This document shows, piece after piece, positions 47,872 through 56,806 of a stretch of DNA of 64,000 nucleotides. Source of the stretch: a virus; the IMG/VR virus record IMGVR_UViG_3300027759_000075, positions 10,333-74,332 of that record. One strand, written 5' to 3'. Within the stretch, counting starts at the first letter, position 1, and each line of letters opens with the position of its first letter. The translations under genes and the position numbers were made by a program. The notes under the pieces are model-generated. The model ran no database searches, was not told the DNA's origin, and saw nothing but the letters and a program-made list of their open reading frames with translations.

Positions 47872-48511
47872 TTCTTGTTACTATCCATTTGTTAATGTTT
47901 TTTGATGTTCGTATGTTTACTGTGTTAGTATAACACTTTCTATAGGCATTAAACAAGCCCCAATATGAGATTTTTAGCTCTGTTTGAAACTGTTCGGCAA
48001 ACCCTTTTAACCCAATATCTGTTTCCCAAACTCTGCCATCTGGTGATTCAATTCTATAGGATCCATTATGAGCATCACTTTTGCGTTTTTTGGTTTTTTC
48101 TGATTCAGGATTGTCTTTAAATCTTTTTAATTGCCCTTTGCTACAATTCAATGCCCTTTTTTGTTTCCAGTCGCTCGATGCATTGGCCCAAAATAGTTTA
48201 GCCGATTCTGAATCATGCCCCTCACCTCCGCCGGTAATATTATATCCAGTGTGTAATGTTTTATAATATTGTATCCAATACTTTTCTTTTGTATTTAGAT
48301 CTTGAGTTGTCCACTTATTGTTTTGCTCAATAATTTCAAATTTCATATTATCCCAACCGTATTTTCTAATTGCAATCAGAATGGGTCTTTTAATGTCAGG
48401 GTAATATTTGGCAGCCGATTGATACAATACTGCTTTTTGTTCCAGCGGTAATGTACACTTGCCAACATATTGTTTTCCAGATGGCGAGGTAATCAGATAG
48501 ATATATTTCAT
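47852..48511 (-). CDS. GIY-YIG homing endonuclease
   Basis: YIYLITSPSGKQYVG, AIRKYGWDN, EKYWI, GYNITGGG; NUMOD-like SEKTKKRKS. Confidence 0.88.
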   Translation of the reverse strand: MKYIYLITSPSGKQYVGKCTLPLEQKAVLYQSAAKYYPDIKRPILIAIRKYGWDNMKFEIIEQNNKWTTQDLNTKEKYWIQYYKTLHTGYNITGGGEGHDSESAKLFWANASSDWKQKRALNCSKGQLKRFKDNPESEKTKKRKSDAHNGSYRIESPDGRVWETDIGLKGFAEQFQTELKISYWGLFNAYRKCYTNTVNIRTSKNINKWIVTRIDKSDS

Positions 48512-48549
48512 ATACCTATTTATGCTAATCCACAATTAAAACAAATTAG

Positions 48550-49698
48550 TTATCGGTACAGTAGATCAACCACATAACCGGTACTGATCACTACTGCGGC
48601 GCCAGTCTGGGCAGGATTGTTTGGGTATGTACCTACTCCAAATCCGGCATTGGGTAGATACCAGTACCCACTTCCACCATTGGTCACAGTAATACCAGTG
48701 ACCACACCTCCTGACACTGCGGCCACTGCTGTGGCTCCGGCACCATCGCCAATGATGTTGATCTTGGGCGGTGCTAGATATCCTGATCCACCGTTGGTCA
48801 CTGTGATGCCGGTAACCACACCGTTGGTTGTTGTGGCAAAAGCTATAGCCGGAAAACTGGGTTGATCTGGTACAGCAAAAATGCTGTTGTTAAAACACAT
48901 GCGGATTAAGGGATACCAACCCACAATGTTCATGTAGATGGTGCCAGTCTTGTCCAAATAGGTAGTTGATTCGGTTACATTGTACCAAAGACTTTCATAG
49001 TTTTCGGCGGCCTGTGCTTTGATTGTTCCTGTGTAGCCATCCAAGGTCATTTGTACTGTAGTTACTGCATTAACTGGCTCAATAAAACTGCTGAAATATT
49101 CTGTGTTTGTAAAACTGTTCCAGTAGTTTCCGCCATTGGGATTACCGGCCCAGTAAGGATTACTAGGATTTTGGCTCCAGGCAGTGCCATCAACACTGGC
49201 CTGTGCTGTTAATTTAAGCGTGGGTATTGTGAGTGGAGCACTGGGCACATACTGTGGTAACACGCTGTCCACAATGTTTACAGGAGCACGGGCTCCAGCT
49301 TGAGCATTAGTAAACACTGCCTCGACTAGGCCGCCGGGTTGTGTACGTTGTATACTATAGGTGGCTGGTTGTGCTAGCACTTCCAACATTTCAGCTGTGG
49401 TCAATGTGACCTTGGCTCGGCCAGTAGTGGCACTCAAGGTAACCAGCTCCTTTTCAACTAGTATACGGTCGCCGGCAGTGTTGATTGCACGGAATAGGAA
49501 CGTACTACCTGTGATATTAACAGGTTTTTCTTGTTGATTAATGAATTCAAACAAAAGCACGTTATCTACGCCTTTGTTTATGGTTAGTTGTTTTGCGTAC
49601 ACAGGATCGTACCTATAAGTAAAAGTTTCCCCCGCACCTGTATCCATGAGTAACACTCGCGTGAGCTGTTGATAGATATAGACCTGGGTAGAGTACAT
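48550..49698 (-). CDS. Virion structural protein (baseplate/fibre-associated) with VTGITVTNGGSGY repeats
   Basis: KGVDNVLLFEFINQQEKPVNIT N-terminal domain; two GVVTGITVTNGGSGY repeats; TAAATA promoter. Confidence 0.6.
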   Translation of the reverse strand: MYSTQVYIYQQLTRVLLMDTGAGETFTYRYDPVYAKQLTINKGVDNVLLFEFINQQEKPVNITGSTFLFRAINTAGDRILVEKELVTLSATTGRAKVTLTTAEMLEVLAQPATYSIQRTQPGGLVEAVFTNAQAGARAPVNIVDSVLPQYVPSAPLTIPTLKLTAQASVDGTAWSQNPSNPYWAGNPNGGNYWNSFTNTEYFSSFIEPVNAVTTVQMTLDGYTGTIKAQAAENYESLWYNVTESTTYLDKTGTIYMNIVGWYPLIRMCFNNSIFAVPDQPSFPAIAFATTTNGVVTGITVTNGGSGYLAPPKINIIGDGAGATAVAAVSGGVVTGITVTNGGSGYWYLPNAGFGVGTYPNNPAQTGAAVVISTGYVVDLLYR

Positions 49699-49758
49699 AC
49701 AGAGTATTTAGCCGGTTTAGAATAGGGTCTCAGAATGGTTTGGTAAATATCCGTAGAT

Positions 49759-50136
49759 ATGAACAATGATTTCTTTGAAAAACTAGCGGAAAAATACCCA
49801 TTTATAACCTTGTGTGTTTATGCCACAACGGAATACGTGGGCATTATACAAAATCAGGACGATGCTATAACTACTATCTATGATTTTGGCGCCATACAAG
49901 ACTTGGAAATCAAGCAACAATTTTTAGAGTTGGCCAATGTTTGGTGGTGGGAAAGTAATCGCAGTGTACCTATTAACATATTCCTCAAGCACGATTGGGA
50001 TCAATTTAAACCTTACCTGCGTACTTTTATTAACAAAGATTTAGAAGTATTGCACGGCCCTGTTTGTAGTCTTAGCGACATGGGTCGCAAAAAGTCTAAG
50101 AGAAAATCAATTACACTTGTTCGACGGATTGACTAA
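49759..50136 (+). CDS. Hypothetical conserved phage protein
   Basis: YVGIIQN..YDF..WWWESNR..PINIFL; divergent TAAATA promoter. Confidence 0.65.
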   Translation: MNNDFFEKLAEKYPFITLCVYATTEYVGIIQNQDDAITTIYDFGAIQDLEIKQQFLELANVWWWESNRSVPINIFLKHDWDQFKPYLRTFINKDLEVLHGPVCSLSDMGRKKSKRKSITLVRRID

Positions 50137-50689
50137 GCAGATTCATATGTAACGACACCAAGGCTGCATAGCCGATAGCGTGAGCATGTTTGAACACAAA
50201 TCCGCGGCTGTCATCACCATCCCACACCGATTCAAACACTTTGTTCCAGGCCGTGTTTTGCAGATGCGCTTTGCCAGGTCTAATAATACTAATAAATGCT
50301 GCCATTCTTGGAATAGAATCTGGCTTCATTGTGGCAAGTAAATCTGTATAATTGCCCACGTGTACTAACTGCTTTGCCCACTCAGAATCTGTCCATAAAC
50401 GTGACCAGGCGGGTTCTTGACCCAACATTTGCTCATAGTGCTCTGGGTTTTTTATCAGTTGATAAACACTCATGTTTAACAAATCTATTTTAAAATACCC
50501 CAGTTGTTCAGCTTGTTCATAATCTATAGCCGCACAAGCATTAACAGGATCATATGGAATATCAGTAACGTACACACCACTGTTATGGCGACGTGCTTGG
50601 CCTTGATGCAGTTGTCTAGCCGGGATTGCTTGAATTAATTTTAACAGCTGATCTCTATCAGCTAAATCTAAGTCAATATCTGCGCTCAT
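50111..50689 (-). CDS. Minimal DNA polymerase III alpha (DnaE/family C) catalytic-core protein
   Basis: ADIDLD, RHNSGVYV, GYFKIDLL, IIRPG and FKHAHAIGY in the same order as in DnaE; only 192 aa. Confidence 0.8.
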   Translation of the reverse strand: MSADIDLDLADRDQLLKLIQAIPARQLHQGQARRHNSGVYVTDIPYDPVNACAAIDYEQAEQLGYFKIDLLNMSVYQLIKNPEHYEQMLGQEPAWSRLWTDSEWAKQLVHVGNYTDLLATMKPDSIPRMAAFISIIRPGKAHLQNTAWNKVFESVWDGDDSRGFVFKHAHAIGYAALVSLHMNLLSQSVEQV

Positions 50690-51363
50690 TACCAACCTGC
50701 CTTAGTTAGTATATCTCGAGCGTATTCTTGATCTGCTGGATAGTCTCGAAATTTCTTCATCCAAAAATCTGCATCAATGTAGGGCCATATCATAGAGACC
50801 TGCGTGGCGTCTAACTCTGCTAGGAATTTTTGTCCTGCGGCACTATTGTAGATAATCCATGGACTGATACGTCCTGCGGTCACAGCATAGACCATGGCAT
50901 TGGTGTTGCCATACCGTAAGCAATCTTCTGCAGGGTGACCGTGTTGTTCACTCCAGTCTATACCAAACTCCATGGCACGGGCTAGTGCATCATTTACATT
51001 TTCCACACGCAAATAGTCTGTAAGATATTCAGTGTAGACGCTATCCTTACACCAGTGATCGATTTTTTTATTTTGTTTCAGTACCCACTCAGTAAATCGC
51101 GCTGGATTGATAGCTCGAACGTCTACACAATAACGACCAAACTTTACAAAAGCACGATAGTAAGGGCTTTCGCAAAAGTCATCATAAGTTTTTAGTTTGG
51201 CGCTGCCTTGTGTAAGTTCGTAAAATTTTATGTAAGCGTGAAACCCTAGACGTACTCCGGCTTCGTCTTTTTGCTGACGACGACGACGAGGTTCACATGA
51301 ATGCACTGCCAGACTAGATTCTTTAATAAAATCTTTCTTACAATACTGGCAGGTATATTTCAT
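50689..51363 (-). CDS. Hypothetical protein with N-terminal zinc finger
   Basis: CQYCKK.F..E..L..H.C; G.ISPW motif; coupled to the mini-DnaE. Confidence 0.65.
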   Translation of the reverse strand: MKYTCQYCKKDFIKESSLAVHSCEPRRRRQQKDEAGVRLGFHAYIKFYELTQGSAKLKTYDDFCESPYYRAFVKFGRYCVDVRAINPARFTEWVLKQNKKIDHWCKDSVYTEYLTDYLRVENVNDALARAMEFGIDWSEQHGHPAEDCLRYGNTNAMVYAVTAGRISPWIIYNSAAGQKFLAELDATQVSMIWPYIDADFWMKKFRDYPADQEYARDILTKAGW

Positions 51364-51806
51364 TTTTTAACTTCTTGCCCTAGCTGTTTAAGGTAAGCAT
51401 CAATGTCTTTTTTGGTATTGATCTTGGCCATTAGTTCCACTTCGTCATCTTTTAAATGTGGGAACAATTCAACAATTTGTTTTCGAATACCACTGGCGCC
51501 GGCTTCTTTTTTCTTAGGAGCAATCCATTGATGTCGTTGTGTACCTAGGCCTGGGCTCACTGCTGTAGCACATAACCATTGCAGTTTAGGATGACGATTA
51601 ATTGCAAAAAAATGTTTGTTGACATAGTGATTACTACTTTGCAAATAATAATGTTGTAACTCTGCACTGCCTTGGATACTTGAGCCCCAGCGTATCATTA
51701 GGAAGTTGCTGAACTTCTTGCGCTCTTCGTCTGTAAGGCTGGAATAAAAATCTCGATCTTTGCGATCAAAGCACATCATTTCATTTTGTATTGACAGTTT
51801 ATCCAC
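51360..51806 (-). CDS. Clamp-loader small subunit (T4 gp62-like)
   Basis: EERKKFSNFLMIRWGS, HPKLQW, HQWIAPKK; size and context fit. Confidence 0.6.
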   Translation of the reverse strand: MDKLSIQNEMMCFDRKDRDFYSSLTDEERKKFSNFLMIRWGSSIQGSAELQHYYLQSSNHYVNKHFFAINRHPKLQWLCATAVSPGLGTQRHQWIAPKKKEAGASGIRKQIVELFPHLKDDEVELMAKINTKKDIDAYLKQLGQEVKK

Positions 51807-52306
51807 TACCAAGCCTGATTGTAATTTACCACTTCACAGTTGCGACTAATGTCCTTGACAAAATAAACACAGTCAGGCTTTTCACCAATGCCTAATGGTA
51901 CACACAACATTTGACCGTTTTTTAATTTAGGAGCATACCATGTTACTTCTTGATATACATCAATAATCTCAATATCTAGAAAACTAGGACGGAAACTGCT
52001 AAGAGGGTTGAATTGAAATGCTTTAAATCCGCGATCATTAATACTGGTTAATGGCAATACTTCCAGGTCTCCTAGATCAGGTTCACCTATGAGTATTTGC
52101 CAGTCCACAGGCATACGCACTCTATGTTCGCCAACACGTAAAACTAGTGCGGGTGCTGTGAAACTTTCTAAAAAGATTAAGGGAATGTAATGATAGTCTG
52201 GGTCTTTAGGATCGCTATTATCAAATATGGCAAACCGCATGTCATCCACTTCCTCTGGTAGATGATCCAAATCAAATGGTGTGTTATCTAATGTAAGTAT
52301 ACGCAT
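51806..52306 (-). CDS. Hypothetical conserved protein
   Basis: 166 aa; PLIFLESF.AP and WYAPKLK; TATAAT 6 nt before the ATG. Confidence 0.65.
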   Translation of the reverse strand: MRILTLDNTPFDLDHLPEEVDDMRFAIFDNSDPKDPDYHYIPLIFLESFTAPALVLRVGEHRVRMPVDWQILIGEPDLGDLEVLPLTSINDRGFKAFQFNPLSSFRPSFLDIEIIDVYQEVTWYAPKLKNGQMLCVPLGIGEKPDCVYFVKDISRNCEVVNYNQAW

Positions 52307-52343
52307 GAATTTATTATAACATAGTTTGTAGTAGATGCAACCT

Positions 52344-53804
52344 TTATTTCCATTCTAGTTTTTCTTGAGTGAATGGATAATTAGCTTCTCGATAAAAAAC
52401 TTTGCGTTTGGTTAGATGTCTTTTCGCAAATTTGCAGGTGCTGGTTACGTCCCAGATTTGCACATGATCTTTATCTTCAGCTTTTCGTATTCCGCGGCCG
52501 ATCGACTGGATGACCCGGACAAAACTCTTGCCAGGTTCGACAAGAACAAGATTAAAAATCCTAGGCAAATTAATACCCACAGCAGCAACACCATAGGTAG
52601 CCACAATGATTTTTCCAGTACTAGTTGCCACTTCGTCATATTCATCTTGTCGATCCTTTGCTTTTGTAGCTCCACTAACAAACACTGCCTGATCGCCTAA
52701 CAAGTCCACTAAGGCATGACCGCCTGCTACACGATCTACTAACACCAGAGTATTACCTGTGGCATTAACCTGTGCTATCAGGTGTGCTATGGTTTTAAGT
52801 CTGTCTGGCTCTTCTAGTAGGAACTTTAGTTCACTTTGATAGTTAGAGAACTCTGCATGATCAACTAACTGTACCACATTCACGTGGCATTGCGCTAGTA
52901 CACCACGATCCTGTAACTCACTGGCACTGAGCTGATTAATTACCGGACCAAGACTACACTTTAAGGCTTGAAATTCAAAGGGTTCTTTAGGTATGGTTCC
53001 TGTGAGTCCCCAACGCAATGGTATACGACTCATTACACCTGTAAGCAAACTTTTTAATGCATCAGCTTTGGCCATATGCACTTCGTCAACAATAACGCAC
53101 ACAACATCTTCAAGAAACTCGCCAATAGTAACATCACCTACAGAGTTTTTTGTATTCTTCAATAACACATTCAAACTTTGCCATGTACATATAGTATGCT
53201 GGCGGCCCCATTCCTTACGATCGCCAAAGTAAACACCAACATCCTGTTGCATGTTGATATAGTCTTTTTCTGTTTGTGTTACTAGACTCTTGTTGGGCAC
53301 AATAACAATGGTGCGACCATATGGTGCCACTGCATTACTGAGTGAGGCTGTGATTACAGTCTTGCCTGCGCCAGTGGCGATCTCCTGGATACATTGTGGG
53401 TTCTCAAGGAAGTTGTTGATGATCTCAACTTGATAGTCGCGCAACTCCATTGGTTTACCTTCTAATGGATGTCCTTTTCCCCACACAATATGACTGAATG
53501 TTTTTTCTGTCACTTTCTCAAAAGTAAATGTCGTAGAATAATCTCGTTGGTCATCTAAGTCAATGTCATAGTTAAACTTTTCAAGTATAGGAATAATCTC
53601 CGGTAGCAAGTTTACATAAGTGCTACCACCCAGTTGGAAGTAACTTACCTTGCCGTCCCATCGTCCAAGTCTAACAGCGGGCAAGTAACGGGCGCCCGGA
53701 ACATCATACTTAAACGCATTAACTAAAGCGCGGCGAGCATCAAGTTCAAGTCCTTCAATTTTGATGTTTACTTCGTCTCGAATTATAATAGTGGCTGTTT
53801 TCAT
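52344..53804 (-). CDS. uvsW: SF2 DNA helicase UvsW
   Basis: LRDYQ, ATGAGKT, DEVH, GLTGT, QSIGRGIR. Confidence 0.9.
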   Translation of the reverse strand: MKTATIIIRDEVNIKIEGLELDARRALVNAFKYDVPGARYLPAVRLGRWDGKVSYFQLGGSTYVNLLPEIIPILEKFNYDIDLDDQRDYSTTFTFEKVTEKTFSHIVWGKGHPLEGKPMELRDYQVEIINNFLENPQCIQEIATGAGKTVITASLSNAVAPYGRTIVIVPNKSLVTQTEKDYINMQQDVGVYFGDRKEWGRQHTICTWQSLNVLLKNTKNSVGDVTIGEFLEDVVCVIVDEVHMAKADALKSLLTGVMSRIPLRWGLTGTIPKEPFEFQALKCSLGPVINQLSASELQDRGVLAQCHVNVVQLVDHAEFSNYQSELKFLLEEPDRLKTIAHLIAQVNATGNTLVLVDRVAGGHALVDLLGDQAVFVSGATKAKDRQDEYDEVATSTGKIIVATYGVAAVGINLPRIFNLVLVEPGKSFVRVIQSIGRGIRKAEDKDHVQIWDVTSTCKFAKRHLTKRKVFYREANYPFTQEKLEWK

Positions 53805-54667
53805 TGTAAGGTAACTTGTGTAATGTGCTGATTTTGCTTAATTGCTTCTATTAACTGATCTCTAGGTTGGGTTTCAATGAGTTCTGCTACAGGAAAACGC
53901 AAAGGTAACAGTCTAGGATCTTGAAATGCTGTAAACCCTTGATCAAAGAAAAAATCTCTATGTAGATTAAAATGTTTCTGCATTCTAATTAATTTGTCAG
54001 AAATATAGTCGACTGTTTCCTCATGCATGCGAACATTGAAGTCTGCTGAATAATGATTAAAAGGTTTAAATGCATCATCACTTATGTAGTTATCACGATC
54101 TTGTGTAAGGTCCTCAAGGGTTTTGCCTATCTCAGAATAGTTCAAACATACGCTACCAAATTTGGGATTTAAAGTTCCATATTCATGCATAACTTCTACA
54201 GGTAACGTGTTGATCTTTGGCATGCCAAACCAAGTGCAAACAAATCTAGGACGATTGCCACGTGCGGCGCTTTCGCATCTGTGGACACTGACATTTAAAT
54301 TGGCTAGATGTTGTCTTGTCTCTTGAGGTATGGGGCCATATTTTGGATGTACTGGATGTTGGTCTAACAGGCCATGCCATTGTTCAAAAATATTGTGTAG
54401 ATAATTTAATGTGTCTTGATCGTTGACCGTAGATAAGTCCCGAGTGATTAACGGTTGCCAACTATTAATTCCTTGGATACATTCTTTTATTTTTACCAAG
54501 GCAATACGTTGGTCTTCGTCTTGGGTGTTAAACCCATAAAATCTTTTAGGGTCATCTAACGGCCACTGCTCTCGTTTACTCATACGTTCGAGCCATAATT
54601 GAGCAATTGAATTATCCAATACTTGAAATTGCAATTTTAAATCCAATAGATTAATGGTTAAGATCAT
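53801..54667 (-). CDS. Hypothetical protein
   Basis: 288 aa; LNYLH..FE and LN..VH.CE helices with possible metal ligands; TTGATC-17-TATACT 5 nt before the ATG. Confidence 0.6.
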   Translation of the reverse strand: MILTINLLDLKLQFQVLDNSIAQLWLERMSKREQWPLDDPKRFYGFNTQDEDQRIALVKIKECIQGINSWQPLITRDLSTVNDQDTLNYLHNIFEQWHGLLDQHPVHPKYGPIPQETRQHLANLNVSVHRCESAARGNRPRFVCTWFGMPKINTLPVEVMHEYGTLNPKFGSVCLNYSEIGKTLEDLTQDRDNYISDDAFKPFNHYSADFNVRMHEETVDYISDKLIRMQKHFNLHRDFFFDQGFTAFQDPRLLPLRFPVAELIETQPRDQLIEAIKQNQHITQVTLQ

Positions 54668-54699
54668 AACTTAGTATAACATACTTAAAACAAAAGATC

Positions 54700-54751
54700 A
54701 AAAAAACAGGCACCAAAGTGCCTGTTGAAAATGGGTAGTTAAAAACTACCC
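54700..54751 (-). terminator. Tandem hairpins/terminator after the AAA ATPase gene
   Basis: GGGTAGTT/AACTACCC hairpin followed by AACAGGCAC/GTGCCTGTT with a T tail. Confidence 0.75.
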
Positions 54752-54764
54752 AGGAGCTACCATA

Positions 54765-55814
54765 CTAACTGTTCTTCATACAAGTGCTAGCGGCCAAAGC
54801 CTTCCAGTTATCACCCGATACTTTAGTCAAGTCTGCAATCTTAAGTGCCATACGCAAGCTCATTTCACGTAAACGACTTTGATTAGCGTCCATAAAGCCA
54901 ATGATCTCGTCCCCTTGCTCTTGAGTAAAATCGTAGTCTGCAAATAACTCACCCTTTAGGTAAATCTGTTTGATACGCAAGAAACGATCACGCATAGTGT
55001 TAAGGGTAAGATCTAGGAAGTGACAACGACTTTGTAATGCTTCCAAATGGTCTTGTAACTTCTTGCTCTTGAGGTTTTGGAACTGTAGATTGGTAATAAA
55101 AATACACGATCCTTTGAAGTCAAACATGTCTGGAACGCCTTCGCGGCGCAACATAGCACTATCACTATTCCAGTAGATTCTACGCTTCTTACCTGAGTCC
55201 AATGCGGCCTTGAGAATGTTCAAGCTCAAGTCATCTTGAAACACTGAGTCACAATCGTCAAACACCAAGACATTGTTTTTGTCTGAATGTTTATACAGGG
55301 TGCAATACAGACCAATTGGAGTCATTGCACCTTTAATAACTTCATACTTGACACGACGGCCTGACAATTTGTCAAACAACCCTGAATGTTCTAGTTGTTT
55401 TTCTACACCATAACTTTTACCTACACCGGGAGGGCCAACTACAATCATTGCACGGACATCGCCGGCAATTGTGGCCTTGGTCATTTGGTCAAGAATGTCA
55501 AAGCGTTCGCCAATACGAGCAATAACTTCTTCGTCAGTTTCAACCGGCGCTTTAGCATGAACATGAACTTGGGCGTGAGCAATGGGTGCTACAAATTCAC
55601 CTGCTGACACTGATTCGGCAGTAAATTCAATATCTTCAATTGTGTTTACATTAACACGAACTACATCTGGTAAGTCTGGGCCAAAAAAGCCATCTGATTT
55701 TACAGTCACGTAGCCTCCTTTGGCTCCTGTTTGGTAACCCTTCACCAAATTAAAGGTCACATTGTTTACGGGTTGATTACGGTATATTCCGTTTTTAATA
55801 ATTACTGTACTCAA
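54765..55814 (-). CDS. P-loop AAA+-type ATPase
   Basis: GPPGVGKS Walker A, LVFDDCD Walker B, IFITN sensor, ALQSRC Arg finger; TTG start after AAGGAG. Confidence 0.85.
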   Translation of the reverse strand: MSTVIIKNGIYRNQPVNNVTFNLVKGYQTGAKGGYVTVKSDGFFGPDLPDVVRVNVNTIEDIEFTAESVSAGEFVAPIAHAQVHVHAKAPVETDEEVIARIGERFDILDQMTKATIAGDVRAMIVVGPPGVGKSYGVEKQLEHSGLFDKLSGRRVKYEVIKGAMTPIGLYCTLYKHSDKNNVLVFDDCDSVFQDDLSLNILKAALDSGKKRRIYWNSDSAMLRREGVPDMFDFKGSCIFITNLQFQNLKSKKLQDHLEALQSRCHFLDLTLNTMRDRFLRIKQIYLKGELFADYDFTQEQGDEIIGFMDANQSRLREMSLRMALKIADLTKVSGDNWKALAASTCMKNS

Positions 55815-55819
55815 GGTTA

Positions 55820-55875
55820 GCTCCTTTTTATTAACTATACAACTATTATAACAAATTGGGTATTTTTGGTCAACC
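55820..55875 (-). promoter_or_regulatory. Early promoter/RBS cassette, copy 3
   Basis: TTGACC-17-TATAAT plus AAGGAG; near-identical to 25882-25937. Confidence 0.85.
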
Positions 55876-55877
55876 AC

Positions 55878-56003
55878 TTACTTGCGGTATATTTCACGGG
55901 CTATGTCAGCACCATTTTTGTACCCTTGATAACGACCCAAACAATAGCCCATGAATACACCGTATGCTAGTGCCATTAAGATTAGGATTGTGTTTGATTC
56001 CAT
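55878..56003 (-). CDS. 41-aa early membrane micro-protein
   Basis: Read by hand (MESNTILILMALAYGVFMGYCLGRYQGYKNG...); AAGGAG SD. Confidence 0.6.
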   Translation of the reverse strand: MESNTILILMALAYGVFMGYCLGRYQGYKNGADIAREIYRK

Positions 56004-56034
56004 TTAAAACTCCTTTATTAATTGTTATAATACT

Positions 56035-56063
56035 ATTATAGCAAAAAGGTCTTTAATGGTCAA
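56035..56063 (-). promoter_or_regulatory. Early promoter, copy 4
   Basis: TTGACC-17-TATAAT. Confidence 0.8.
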
Positions 56064-56067
56064 TCGT

Positions 56068-56095
56068 AAAAAAAGCCCTAGAACTAGGGCTTTTT
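56068..56095. terminator. Rho-independent terminator
   Basis: AAAAAAAGCCCTAG-AA-CTAGGGCTTTTT inverted repeat. Confidence 0.85.
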
Positions 56096-56116
56096 ATTAT
56101 GTTAGTGTGTACTAAC

Positions 56117-56779
56117 TTATTCTAGTCCGGCAATTGCAGTAAGATCGCATTCCATTAAGCCAGATCCTTCTGCTGGAAATTCTACCATCCAACCCCAAGT
56201 ACCAGGAGGAGTGTCGCCACGAGTCTTTGCTACTCCATTAACTACAACATTACTTCTAGGTTCGTTAGGTCCGTTTAGATTTATAAACGTGTCTGGACCA
56301 GAACTTACTATTGTAGTTAAATTATGGGCTTCTAAAACAGCGGTTTGTTCTGCCGGTGTACCGTTCTCTAATATTGCAATTTCAGCGCCGCTTAATGGAG
56401 GGACGGCTTTTGCAGTATAAATTGCAATTTTTTCAGCTGTTGTACTTGCAGGATCTGTTAACACACCAATTTCACTTTCGGTGTATACTGGATTAAGTAA
56501 AGGCATGTAATTTGACATAATTTGTTCAAAAAATGTAGATACTCCTACTGGATTATCTAGTGAAATTGACATGGGTTGTGTACCTGCAAAATTTATAGGT
56601 ACTTCAAAGGTAAACAATACCACTTGGTCTGCTGGCGCTCTACTAACATCACTGGTATATAATGTTGGAATATTTCCAGTATAAACTACATTTCCATTTA
56701 AGGTTGCTGTAATTACAATAGGTTCTGTTCCAGTTGGAGCATATCCGTTGCCTAAAAATTGTATTGTTCTATTTGCCAT
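56117..56779 (-). CDS. Probable virion structural protein
   Basis: TAAATA promoter, AGGAG SD, own terminator; Thr/Pro/Gly-rich beta pattern. Confidence 0.5.
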   Translation of the reverse strand: MANRTIQFLGNGYAPTGTEPIVITATLNGNVVYTGNIPTLYTSDVSRAPADQVVLFTFEVPINFAGTQPMSISLDNPVGVSTFFEQIMSNYMPLLNPVYTESEIGVLTDPASTTAEKIAIYTAKAVPPLSGAEIAILENGTPAEQTAVLEAHNLTTIVSSGPDTFINLNGPNEPRSNVVVNGVAKTRGDTPPGTWGWMVEFPAEGSGLMECDLTAIAGLE

Positions 56780-56806
56780 TGTTTAAATCTCCTGTGCAGT
56801 TATTTA

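Noticed and set aside
48665-48822. Duplicated segment as a diversity-generating retroelement TR/VR pair
   Set aside because: Protein-level repeat (GVVTGITVTNGGSGY) with synonymous differences; no reverse transcriptase in the window
50111-50689. dnaE pseudogene
   Set aside because: Open frame, coupled start and all catalytic motifs kept while the linkers are removed, which argues for selection rather than decay
55815-55877. N-terminal extensions in the ORF track (AAA ATPase; also the starts at 1710, 4097, 5928, 13656, 16708, 19752, 24268, 59718 and 60497)
   Set aside because: They run through promoters, SDs or neighbouring genes; downstream starts fit SD or coupling better
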